This document shows positions 38,088 through 46,317 of a stretch of 64,000 bases of DNA, piece after piece. The stretch is from an uncultured delta proteobacterium (lineage in GTDB: Bacteria > Myxococcota_A > Polyangia > Polyangiales > Polyangiaceae): positions 5,056,001 to 5,120,000 of the forward strand of contig CAWDXG010000004.1 in NCBI GenBank assembly GCA_963806225.1, in the 5' to 3' direction. Every line of letters begins with the position of its first letter. Position 1 is the stretch's first letter. Under the pieces are notes generated by a model. That model saw nothing but the letters and a program-made list of their open reading frames with translations. It ran no database searches and had not been told where the DNA came from. The position numbers were made by a program, and so were the translations under genes.

Positions 38088-38537
38088 CTACCCCGCGCCC
38101 TGCGGCGCGGCGTCTCCGGGCTGCGGCGCGACTTCGGCGGGCGGCTCGGCGCCGCCCAGCCTTTCGAGCGCTCGCTCGACCAGTGCGCGATCCTCGCCGG
38201 AGAGCGCGCTCTTGCCTGCGCGATGCAGAGCGAAGCGCAGCGTGGCGGCTTCCAACGCCGACAGCGCGATCGTGCGGTGGAACGCCAGCTCGGGCACCCG
38301 GTAGCGGATGAGTACCCGCCCGTCGTCCAGCACCTGCTCGCCGACGATCTCGGCGCGTGCGCGGCCGTGCCCGGCGAGCTGCCGGATCACGCCGCGCACC
38401 CGCGCGGCACGTCGTCGCACGCGCCGCGCCGTGCCGTCTTCGTACAGCGAGAAAAAGCGGTTACGCGAATACGTCCGTGGCGCGAGCACCAGAGCGCAGA
38501 GCAGTGCGTCCGGATCGACGTGGAAACGCCCGCTCAT
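38088..38537 (-). CDS. Hypothetical protein downstream of prfA
   Basis: ATG overlaps the prfA stop; [29 protein letters not shown]. Confidence 0.7.
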   Translation of the reverse strand: MSGRFHVDPDALLCALVLAPRTYSRNRFFSLYEDGTARRVRRRAARVRGVIRQLAGHGRARAEIVGEQVLDDGRVLIRYRVPELAFHRTIALSALEAATLRFALHRAGKSALSGEDRALVERALERLGGAEPPAEVAPQPGDAAPQGAG

Positions 38538-39598
38538 GCCTGTGCCTCGAGCTGCGCCGCCTGGTGCCATGCGACCACCGCGTCGATCAGCTCGTCCAGC
38601 TCGCCCTGGACCACGCGGTCGAGCTTGTAGAGCGTCAGGTTGATGCGGTGATCGGTGACGCGGTTCTGGGGAAAGTTGTAGGTGCGGATCTTCTCCGAGC
38701 GGTCGCCCGCCTTGACCATGCCGCGGCGCTCGTCGCGGATCGCGTCGGCCTGCTTCTGCTGTTCGATGTCGAGCAGCCGGCTGCGCAGGATCTTGAGCGC
38801 CTTGGCCTTGTTCTTGATCTGGCTGCGCTCGTCCTGGCACTTGACGATCATGCCGCTCGGCAAGTGCGTGACCTGTACCGCGCTGTTGGTCGTGTTCACG
38901 CCCTGACCGCCGGGGCCGCCTGCCGCTGCGATGTCGAAGCGCAGATCCTTGTCGTCGAGATGCAGCTCGACCTCGTCCGCTTCGGGCAGCACCGCCACCG
39001 TGGCGGTGGAGGTGTGGATGCGACCCTGGGCCTCCGTGACGGGCACGCGCTGCACCCGGTGCACGCCGCCCTCGAACTTGAGGCTGGAAAAGACGCGGTC
39101 GCCGGTCACCAGCGCGATGATCTCCTTGAGGCCGCCCGCGGACGCCTCGCTGCTCGAGAGGGCCTCGACCTTCCAGCCGCGCCGCTCGGCGTAGCGCGTG
39201 TACATGCGGAACAGGTCCGCGGCGAACAGCGCCGCCTCCTCGCCGCCGGTTCCCGCGCGGATCTCCAGGATGGTGTTCTTGTCGTCGTTCGGGTCGCGGG
39301 GCAGAAGCAGGATCTGGATGCCGCGCTCGATCTTCTCGATGCGTTCTTCCAGCTCCGGCAGCTCGTCCCGCACCAGCGGCCCGAGCTCGGGGTCGTCCAG
39401 CGCCTCGCGGTCCTCGCGGATACGCTTGTCGACCTCGCGCCACTCCGAGAACGCTTCCAGAACGGGCCCGAGATGGCTGCGCTCGCGGTTCAGGGAGGTG
39501 ATCCGGGTTTGATCCGCGAGCACGTCCGGCTCGCACATCAGCTGCTCGATCTCCTCGTAGCGGCGGGCGAGCATCTGGAGCTTCTCGACGGGGATCAT
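38534..39598 (-). CDS. prfA: Peptide chain release factor 1
   Basis: [21 protein letters not shown] (PxT), [17 protein letters not shown]. Confidence 0.97.
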   Translation of the reverse strand: MIPVEKLQMLARRYEEIEQLMCEPDVLADQTRITSLNRERSHLGPVLEAFSEWREVDKRIREDREALDDPELGPLVRDELPELEERIEKIERGIQILLLPRDPNDDKNTILEIRAGTGGEEAALFAADLFRMYTRYAERRGWKVEALSSSEASAGGLKEIIALVTGDRVFSSLKFEGGVHRVQRVPVTEAQGRIHTSTATVAVLPEADEVELHLDDKDLRFDIAAAGGPGGQGVNTTNSAVQVTHLPSGMIVKCQDERSQIKNKAKALKILRSRLLDIEQQKQADAIRDERRGMVKAGDRSEKIRTYNFPQNRVTDHRINLTLYKLDRVVQGELDELIDAVVAWHQAAQLEAQA

Positions 39599-39608
39599 GA
39601 TTCGGAGC

Positions 39609-40748
39609 TCATGCGCCGGAAACAGCAGCCTCGGCGAGCAACGCGTAGCTTTCGAAGGTGAGGTCCGCCGGATCTTCTGTCGTGGCGGCGCCCTGCTCGC
39701 GGCCCAGCGCCACGGCCAGCGCGCCGAGTGCCACCTCGAGCTGTTCGTCGTCGGGCTCGATGGTCGTGATCTTCTGCACCAGGAAGCCCGGCCACAGCAG
39801 CGCGCGGAGCGGCCCGCGCGTGCAGTAGCGCGCGAACACCCGCTGGATCTCGAACGTGAGCGCGGCAATCACGGGCAGAAACGGCAGCTTCATCGCGAAG
39901 AAGGCGATGTTGTCCACGAGCTTGCCGAGGCCCAGCTGGGGCAAGAGCGGACCGATAGCCGTGAAGACGATGATGCTCACGAGCGCGACCATCACCAGGA
40001 AGGTGGTGCCGCAACGCGGATGCAGCGTGGTCTTCGAGCGCGCGTTGTCGACGACCAGCGCTTCACCGGCCTCGTAGGTGTAGATCGATTTGTGTTCGGC
40101 GCCGTGATACTGGAAGACGCGGTAGATCTCCGGCATGCGGCGGATGGCCAGCATGTAGCCGATGATGATCACCAGCTTGCCGGCGCCGGTGATGAGCTGG
40201 AAGCCCGGGCTGCGCACGTCCAGCCCCAGACCGAACAGGCGACTCGTGCCCGCCGCGAACGCCTGCGGCAACGCCACGAACAGAACCAGCGCGAAGGCCA
40301 CCGCCAGGGCGGTGAACAGCTTCTTCTTCGCGTCGCCCTTGGGCTCTTCCGGCGCGGCGAGCGGAGTGCCGGGCTCGGCCGTGAGCAGCGCGAGGATCGG
40401 CAGCGAAAGCGCTGCGAGCGTGCTCGGCCCGCGTTTCGCTGCGGCGGCCGCCTGCTCTTCTTCTTCCAGGTCCTGCTCGAAGATGTCGGCGGCGAAGCGC
40501 AGCGCGCCGCTGCCGAGCTTGAGCGCCTCGACGAGCGTGATCACGCCGCGGATGCCCGGCCAGGCCTTCACGCCGCGGCGGGTGTCCGGCATCTCGCGCT
40601 GGCGCACGACCAGTGTGCCGTTCTTCCGCCGCACCACGGCGGAAAAGGAATGCGGCGAGCGCATCATCACGCCTTCGATGAGCGCCTGGCCGCCGATATA
40701 GGGCCGCGCGACACCATCCGGACCCGTCACGGAGGGCTGGTTCGACAT
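39609..40748 (-). CDS. DUF1385 domain membrane protein
   Basis: IGGQALIEGVMMR, FQYHGAEHK, HPRCGTTF, TTIEPD; usual position between rpmE and prfA. Confidence 0.92.
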   Translation of the reverse strand: MSNQPSVTGPDGVARPYIGGQALIEGVMMRSPHSFSAVVRRKNGTLVVRQREMPDTRRGVKAWPGIRGVITLVEALKLGSGALRFAADIFEQDLEEEEQAAAAAKRGPSTLAALSLPILALLTAEPGTPLAAPEEPKGDAKKKLFTALAVAFALVLFVALPQAFAAGTSRLFGLGLDVRSPGFQLITGAGKLVIIIGYMLAIRRMPEIYRVFQYHGAEHKSIYTYEAGEALVVDNARSKTTLHPRCGTTFLVMVALVSIIVFTAIGPLLPQLGLGKLVDNIAFFAMKLPFLPVIAALTFEIQRVFARYCTRGPLRALLWPGFLVQKITTIEPDDEQLEVALGALAVALGREQGAATTEDPADLTFESYALLAEAAVSGA

Positions 40749-40814
40749 CGTCGCCACTATAGCTCGACTGCGGCGGATTGCCGTGAGGCGCCCGCTGCGG
40801 GCGCGAGCTCGAGC

Positions 40815-41021
40815 CTACTTGCCGACGTTCGCGTACTTGCGGCGGAAGCGATCGATGCGACCCTGGGTGTCCATCAGGCGCTGCTTGCCGGTGTAGAACG
40901 GGTGACAGGCCCCGCAGACATCGACCGTCAGCTCCGACTGGGTGGAGCGCGTCTCGAACGAGTTCCCGCAGGCGCAGGTCACCTTGATGACCTTGTACTC
41001 CGGGTGGATACCTTCCTTCAT
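40815..41021 (-). CDS. rpmE: 50S ribosomal protein L31 (zinc-binding type)
   Basis: [25 protein letters not shown]. Confidence 0.97.
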   Translation of the reverse strand: MKEGIHPEYKVIKVTCACGNSFETRSTQSELTVDVCGACHPFYTGKQRLMDTQGRIDRFRRKYANVGK

Positions 41022-41062
41022 CGTCTGCTCCTCGGGCCTACGGGGCCGGAAAAAGGACGGCG

Positions 41063-41091
41063 AACCTAGCGCCCGGAGCCGACATCGGCAA
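41063..41091 (-). promoter_or_regulatory. sigma70-type promoter of rpmE
   Basis: TTGCCG-17 nt-TAGGTT on the minus strand. Confidence 0.6.
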
Positions 41092-41217
41092 GGGGCAACT
41101 CCACACTGCCCGGTGGCAGGGCGGATACCCGGCTGCCGCGGAGCGCTTCGCGTGGGCACTATTTTGTCTTGTTATTCCCATGTGTTACCGTGGGTGCCCG
41201 GCGCCCGCCGCTTAACT

Positions 41218-41230
41218 TGACGTTACGTCA
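41218..41230. promoter_or_regulatory. Palindromic putative TF site upstream of the DUF362 operon
   Basis: TGACGT-t-ACGTCA in an AT-rich patch. Confidence 0.5.
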
Positions 41231-41254
41231 TTTGTAGCCCATAGCAGGAGAACC

Positions 41255-42229
41255 ATGGAGGAGCGTCCGTCCCGGCGCGAGGCGATCAAGCGGTTGGCGC
41301 TTACGGGAGCTGTCCTCGGAGGGGCTGCCGTCGCGACCAAGTTTGCCTACGACAGGGGCGGGTACGGCCTGGCGCGTCCCAGCGGCGAACGCCAGGTCCG
41401 CGACTTCGAGGTCAAGAAGCCGCCGGCCGGCTCGCCCGTGCTGGCGATTGCCAAGAGCTCCAACGATCCGGCGACCCTCGTGCAGCGCGCCGTCGATGCC
41501 CTGGGCGGGATCAAGCATTTCATCTCGCGCGGCGACGTGGTCGCGATCAAGCCGAACATCGGTTGGGATCGCGTGCCCGCGCAGGCCGCCAACACCAACC
41601 CGCAGGTCGTTGCCGCGATGGTCAAGCTGGCTTTCGAGGCCGGCGCGAGCAAGGTCATCGTCACCGACGCGTCATGCAACGAGCCGCATCGCTGCTTCCA
41701 GCGTTCCGGGATCTGGCGTGCGGCCTACGCCCTGGGCGCGACAGTGATCCTGCCCGCGGAGCACAGGTTCCGCAGCATGAGGATGCAGGGCGATGTGCTC
41801 GATCAGTGGCCCATCTACACGCCGCTCATCAACGCCGACAAGGTCATCAACATGCCGGTCGCCAAGCACCACAATCTGGCGAAGTACACGGCCGCGATGA
41901 AAAACTGGTACGGCATCCTCGGAGGCCGCAGAAACCGTCTGCACCAGAGTATCAACATGTCGATCGCGGACCTCGCGACCTTCATGCGCCCCACTCTTAC
42001 GGTCGTCGACGCGACGCGCGTTCTGATGCGCAATGGGCCACAGGGCGGGAATATCGACGATACCCGCGTGGTGAACCAGGTCATTGCCAGCCTCGATCAG
42101 GTCGCGGCGGATGCCTACGGCTGCACGCTGATCGGGCAGGAGCGGGAGCACATCCACTACCTGAAGCTCGGCCACGAGCGCGGCATCGGCAACATGAACT
42201 GGGAGCAGCTCCACCACGTGGAGGTGTAG
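41255..42229 (+). CDS. DUF362 domain protein with Tat-like signal
   Basis: SRREAIK plus hydrophobic stretch; VAIKPN, NTNP, INMPVAKHH, AMKNWYG, DQVAAD. Confidence 0.9.
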   Translation: MEERPSRREAIKRLALTGAVLGGAAVATKFAYDRGGYGLARPSGERQVRDFEVKKPPAGSPVLAIAKSSNDPATLVQRAVDALGGIKHFISRGDVVAIKPNIGWDRVPAQAANTNPQVVAAMVKLAFEAGASKVIVTDASCNEPHRCFQRSGIWRAAYALGATVILPAEHRFRSMRMQGDVLDQWPIYTPLINADKVINMPVAKHHNLAKYTAAMKNWYGILGGRRNRLHQSINMSIADLATFMRPTLTVVDATRVLMRNGPQGGNIDDTRVVNQVIASLDQVAADAYGCTLIGQEREHIHYLKLGHERGIGNMNWEQLHHVEV

Positions 42230-44173
42230 GTGTCCCAGGCGAAAGAGCCGGTGCGCGCTCTGCCGCCGGAGGCCGCGCTGCCGGTGCCCATTCCCTGGCT
42301 CGCGACCCCGGGCGCGGTAGCGCCGCTCGACGCTCCGGACGGCGCCGTCGCGCCGGCCGCGCTGGCGGCCGCCGTGGCCTCCACGCCGGAGCCGGCCGGG
42401 AAGGCCGCCCGACCGCACTGGCTGTCCCGCACCTGGAAGCGGTTCCGCAAGAAGAAGAAGCGCTCGGGCTCGGGCATCCCGGCGCGGCGATCGATCCGCA
42501 TCCTGGTCTGGGTGAGGCGCGCCGTGCAGATCGGCTGCTTCTCGCTGTTCATGTACTTCCTGTTCCAGACGGCGTTCCGGGGCACGTTCTCGGCGTCCGC
42601 GGACTCCCCAGTGCGGCTGCCGCTGCCGGTCGAAGGCTTCCTGCTCGCCGATCCGTTCGTGGCGACGATGACCTTCCTGAGCACGCACGCCGTGTACCGC
42701 GGGTTGGCCTGGTCGCTCGTGATCCTGGCATTGACGCTGGTGTTCGGCCGGGTCTTCTGCGGCTGGATCTGTCCGTTCGGCACGATGCACCACTTCTTCG
42801 CGTGGATCTTCCCGAGCCGCTACCTGAAGGGGAACAAGCGCGTCGGGGTGAACCGGACGCAGTGGTGGCAGTCGGGCAAGTACTACCTCATGTTCGCCTT
42901 CCTCGGCGCCGCGCTGGTCGGCAGCGCCATCGGCGGCCTGCTGGATCCGATCTGCGTGGCGGTGCGGGCCGTGGGGCTCGGCGTGCTGCCCGCGCTCCAG
43001 TACATCGGCATCCACTCTTCCGAGGCGATCGCTGCGACGAACGTGCGCGCGCTGCAGAACGTCGCGGACACGAGCCAGGACTTCCTCTCCCAGACCGTGT
43101 GGACGTCGCACCAGTACTACTACCACCAGACCTGGCTCATCCTGTTCCTGCTGGTCGCGATCCTGTTCATGAACCGCTTCATTCCGCGGTTCTGGTGTCG
43201 CGCACTGTGTCCGCTCGGCGCGTTCCTCGGGGTGCTGTCGCGCTTCGCGCTGTTCGGCATGGAAAAGGACCACGCCGCATGCACGGACTGCAACCTGTGC
43301 CTGGTCAACTGCCAGGGTGCGGACAGCCCGCAGGGCGGCGTGAAGCACCGGCAGGACGAGTGCCACATGTGCTTGAACTGCGAGAGCGCGTGCCCCGAGG
43401 ACGTGATCAAGTTCCGCTTTCTGCCGAATCGGCGCAGCGTGATCAACAAACCGGATGTGAAGCGACGCACGGTGCTGGCCACGGGCGCTGCGGGTGCGAT
43501 CGCCATTCCTGCCATGCGCATCGCCGATTGGCCGGACAAGGACTACAACCCGAAGGTGATCCGTCCGCCGGGGGCGGTGGAGGAGCGGCAGTTCCTCGAC
43601 CGCTGTATCCGCTGCGCGGAGTGCATGAAGGTCTGCCCGAACAATGCGCTGCACCCGGCGTTCTTCGAGGCGGGGCTCGAGGGCATGTGGACGCCCATCC
43701 TGATCCCCCGGATCGGCTATTGCGAGTTCTCCTGCGTGCTCTGCGGCCAGGTGTGTCCGACGGGCGCCATCCAGAAGATCGACGAGAAGCAGAAGATGGG
43801 CATCGGCCAGAAGCCGATCGCGATCGGTACCGCCATGTACGATCGCGGGCGCTGCCTGCCGTGGGCGATGGCGACGCCCTGCATCGTGTGCGAGGAGTTC
43901 TGTCCGACCTCGCCCAAGGCGATCTGGCCCGAGGATGCCGAGGTGCCGAAGCGCGCCGAGAAGCCCGGGCCGAACGGCGAACCGCCGCCGATGACGACCG
44001 TCAAACTGCAGCGCCCTCATGTCGACCCGAACCTGTGCGTCGGCTGCGGTGCCTGCGAAAAGGTCTGCCCGATCGTCGACAAGCCCGCCGTCTACGTGAC
44101 CAGCGCGGGCGAGACGCGGTCGAAGACGAACATCATCCTGCTCGAGAACACGAGCTACAACCAGCAGAGCTGA
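42230..44173 (+). CDS. Membrane polyferredoxin (NapH/MauN-like fused to NapG/MauM-like)
   Basis: GRVFCGWICPFG, RFWCRALCPLG, several CxxCxxCxxxCP, IRPPGA. Confidence 0.88.
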   Translation: MSQAKEPVRALPPEAALPVPIPWLATPGAVAPLDAPDGAVAPAALAAAVASTPEPAGKAARPHWLSRTWKRFRKKKKRSGSGIPARRSIRILVWVRRAVQIGCFSLFMYFLFQTAFRGTFSASADSPVRLPLPVEGFLLADPFVATMTFLSTHAVYRGLAWSLVILALTLVFGRVFCGWICPFGTMHHFFAWIFPSRYLKGNKRVGVNRTQWWQSGKYYLMFAFLGAALVGSAIGGLLDPICVAVRAVGLGVLPALQYIGIHSSEAIAATNVRALQNVADTSQDFLSQTVWTSHQYYYHQTWLILFLLVAILFMNRFIPRFWCRALCPLGAFLGVLSRFALFGMEKDHAACTDCNLCLVNCQGADSPQGGVKHRQDECHMCLNCESACPEDVIKFRFLPNRRSVINKPDVKRRTVLATGAAGAIAIPAMRIADWPDKDYNPKVIRPPGAVEERQFLDRCIRCAECMKVCPNNALHPAFFEAGLEGMWTPILIPRIGYCEFSCVLCGQVCPTGAIQKIDEKQKMGIGQKPIAIGTAMYDRGRCLPWAMATPCIVCEEFCPTSPKAIWPEDAEVPKRAEKPGPNGEPPPMTTVKLQRPHVDPNLCVGCGACEKVCPIVDKPAVYVTSAGETRSKTNIILLENTSYNQQS

Positions 44174-44260
44174 GGGTTCGCGGCGGCTCGGGACAGCCTC
44201 CCGGACCGGCGCGTCCGTTCAGTCGTTGTCCGGGTTTCCGGACGACAGCGGCGCCGTGGT

Positions 44261-44357
44261 TGTGCCAACCAGCAGGTCCCGCGGTTGGCACACCGGATAT
44301 CGAGCTTCCTTTTCCGTTGCCAACAGGGAATCCCGATTGGCCGGGATATCGCGCTCC
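44261..44357. promoter_or_regulatory. Duplicated inverted-repeat element, putative enhancer-binding-protein UAS
   Basis: TGTGCCAACC-n12-GGTTGGCACA followed by ggatatcg; second degenerate copy TGCCAAC...TTGGC followed by ggatatcg. Confidence 0.5.
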
Positions 44358-44400
44358 ATGGTGGGCTGGGCTAGAGTGTTGAAGACGGGGCCAGTGTTGC

Positions 44401-44416
44401 TGGCGTGACAATTGCT
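44401..44416 (+). promoter_or_regulatory. sigma54 promoter
   Basis: TGGCGTG-acaa-TTGCT (GG-N10-GC). Confidence 0.55.
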
Positions 44417-44423
44417 TGGGAGC

Positions 44424-46202
44424 ATGCTGATGACTCGCAGGAACGGTTGGGCCAGGTTGATGGCGATCGGCGCGCTGTTCGCGGCTGCGGCGGTCGCCAG
44501 CGGCTGCGGGCGCGCCAATCTGGACTCGTACGCAAGCTACGGCGACGCCGGTGGCCAGGGCGGAAACGGGGGCACCTGCGGAGATGGCACCTGCGACGTG
44601 GGCGAGAGCCTGCAGTCCTGCCCAGCTGATTGTCACGGCACCTGTGGCGACGGGCAGTGCGTCGCGCCCGAGACTGAGTCGAGCTGTCCTGCGGACTGCG
44701 GCCAGACGACATGCGGGAACGGTGTGTGCGAAAAGGGCGAAACGCCGGAGAGCTGTCCTGCTGACTGCGGGGCGCCAGGCCACTGTGGCGACGGCACCTG
44801 CGACCCCGGCGAGGACGTGAAGAACTGCCCGCAGGATTGCAGTGGATACTGCGGTGACGGGGTGTGCAGCCCGAACGAGAGCCAGTACAGCTGCCCGCAG
44901 GACTGCGGCCAGCCCGGCTACTGCGGTGACGGGGTGTGCAGCCCGAACGAGAGCCAGTACAGCTGCCCGCAGGACTGCGGCCAGCCCGGCTACTGCGGTG
45001 ACGGGGTGTGCAGCCCGAACGAGAGCCAGTACAGCTGCCCGCAGGACTGCGGCCAGCCCGGCTACTGCGGTGACGGGGTGTGCAGCCCGAACGAGAGCCA
45101 GTACAGCTGCCCGCAGGACTGCGGCCAGCCCGGCTACTGCGGTGACGGGGTGTGCAGCCCGAACGAGAGCCAGTACAGCTGCCCGCAGGACTGCGGCCAG
45201 CCCGGCTACTGCGGTGACGGGGTGTGCAGCCCGAACGAGAGCCAGTACAGCTGCCCGCAGGACTGCGGCGGCTACTGCGGCGACGGTATCTGCGGGCCGT
45301 ACGAGGATCAGTACAGCTGTCCGCAGGATTGCGGCGGCTACTGCGGTGACGGCTACTGCGGCCCGGGGGAAAACCAGTACAGCTGCCCGACGGACTGCGG
45401 CCAGACCGGCTACTGCGGTGACGGCTACTGCGGCCCGGGGGAAAACCAGTACAGCTGCCCGCAGGACTGCGGCTTCTGCGGCGACGGCAAGTGCGGTCCG
45501 AACGAGACCAAGTACAGCTGTCCGCAGGACTGCGGCGGCTTTTGCGGCGACGGCAAGTGCGAGCCGGGCGAAAGCCAGTCCAACTGTCCGCAGGACTGCG
45601 CCGGCTACTGCGGTGACGGCTTCTGCGGTCCCGGCGAAGGGCCCAAGTCGTGCCCGCAGGACTGCGGCTACTGCGGCGACGGGATCTGCGCTCCGAACGA
45701 GGGCCCGAAGATCTGCCCGCAGGACTGCGGGGGCTACTGCGGCGATGGCTACTGCGCTCCGAACGAGGGCCCGAAGATCTGCCCGCAGGACTGCAGCATC
45801 TGCGGCGACGGACTCTGCACCGGGAGCGAGAACCTCTACAGCTGCCCGCAGGACTGCGGCTACTGCGGCGACGGCCTGTGCGGCCCCACCGAGAGCTCCA
45901 AGACGTGCCCGCAGGACTGCGGCCCGTACGGTTACTGTGGCGACGGTTTCTGCGCCACCGGTGAGACCCCGCAGAGCTGCCCGCAGGACTGCGGCTACTA
46001 TGGCTACTGCGGCGACGGCATCTGCGCGGCCAACGAGTCGCCCACGAGCTGCCCCAGCGACTGTGGCGGCACCGGCAGCTGCGGGAACGGCATCTGCGAG
46101 CCTGGGGAGCCCCAGTCCTGCCCGAAGGACTGCTTCAACCCGCCTCCGCCGATCGATGCCGGCCCGCCGCCCCTGCCCGGCGCCGACGCGGGCGCTCCCT
46201 GA
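44424..46202 (+). CDS. Cys-rich repeat lipoprotein (23 x CG[D/N]GxC...CPxDC)
   Basis: Lipobox ASGC; almost entirely 4-Cys repeats; start could be 44424 or 44430. Confidence 0.85.
   Translation: MLMTRRNGWARLMAIGALFAAAAVASGCGRANLDSYASYGDAGGQGGNGGTCGDGTCDVGESLQSCPADCHGTCGDGQCVAPETESSCPADCGQTTCGNGVCEKGETPESCPADCGAPGHCGDGTCDPGEDVKNCPQDCSGYCGDGVCSPNESQYSCPQDCGQPGYCGDGVCSPNESQYSCPQDCGQPGYCGDGVCSPNESQYSCPQDCGQPGYCGDGVCSPNESQYSCPQDCGQPGYCGDGVCSPNESQYSCPQDCGQPGYCGDGVCSPNESQYSCPQDCGGYCGDGICGPYEDQYSCPQDCGGYCGDGYCGPGENQYSCPTDCGQTGYCGDGYCGPGENQYSCPQDCGFCGDGKCGPNETKYSCPQDCGGFCGDGKCEPGESQSNCPQDCAGYCGDGFCGPGEGPKSCPQDCGYCGDGICAPNEGPKICPQDCGGYCGDGYCAPNEGPKICPQDCSICGDGLCTGSENLYSCPQDCGYCGDGLCGPTESSKTCPQDCGPYGYCGDGFCATGETPQSCPQDCGYYGYCGDGICAANESPTSCPSDCGGTGSCGNGICEPGEPQSCPKDCFNPPPPIDAGPPPLPGADAGAP
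44847..45269 (+). repeat. 72-bp perfect coding tandem repeat, about 6 copies
   Basis: Unit encodes YCGDGVCSPNESQYSCPQDCGQPG; period of 72 checked by eye. Confidence 0.95.
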
Positions 46203-46317
46203 GCCCGCCGCCGTTGCAAATTGTGGCGGCCCGCTCTAATGGGACGGGGCCGGCCCCGCCAGTGACCTCGAATCGGGGGTAATCGCTGCTTGCGTTGGGC
46301 TGGCTCTCCGCCCGATC

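Noticed and set aside
41217..41231. Palindrome as an FNR/CRP box
   Set aside because: Spacing is TTGAC-N5-GTCAT, not the N4 of FNR; kept only as an unassigned site
44847..45269. 72-bp periodic repeat as a CRISPR array
   Set aside because: Units are fully identical with no unique spacers, in frame within a CDS, and no cas genes are present
44424..46202. Cys-rich repeats as a multi-core RiPP precursor modified by the neighbouring Fe-S protein
   Set aside because: It has a lipoprotein signal. The neighbour has ferredoxin CxxCxxCxxxCP motifs, not a radical SAM CxxxCxxC motif, and no RiPP maturase or transporter is adjacent.
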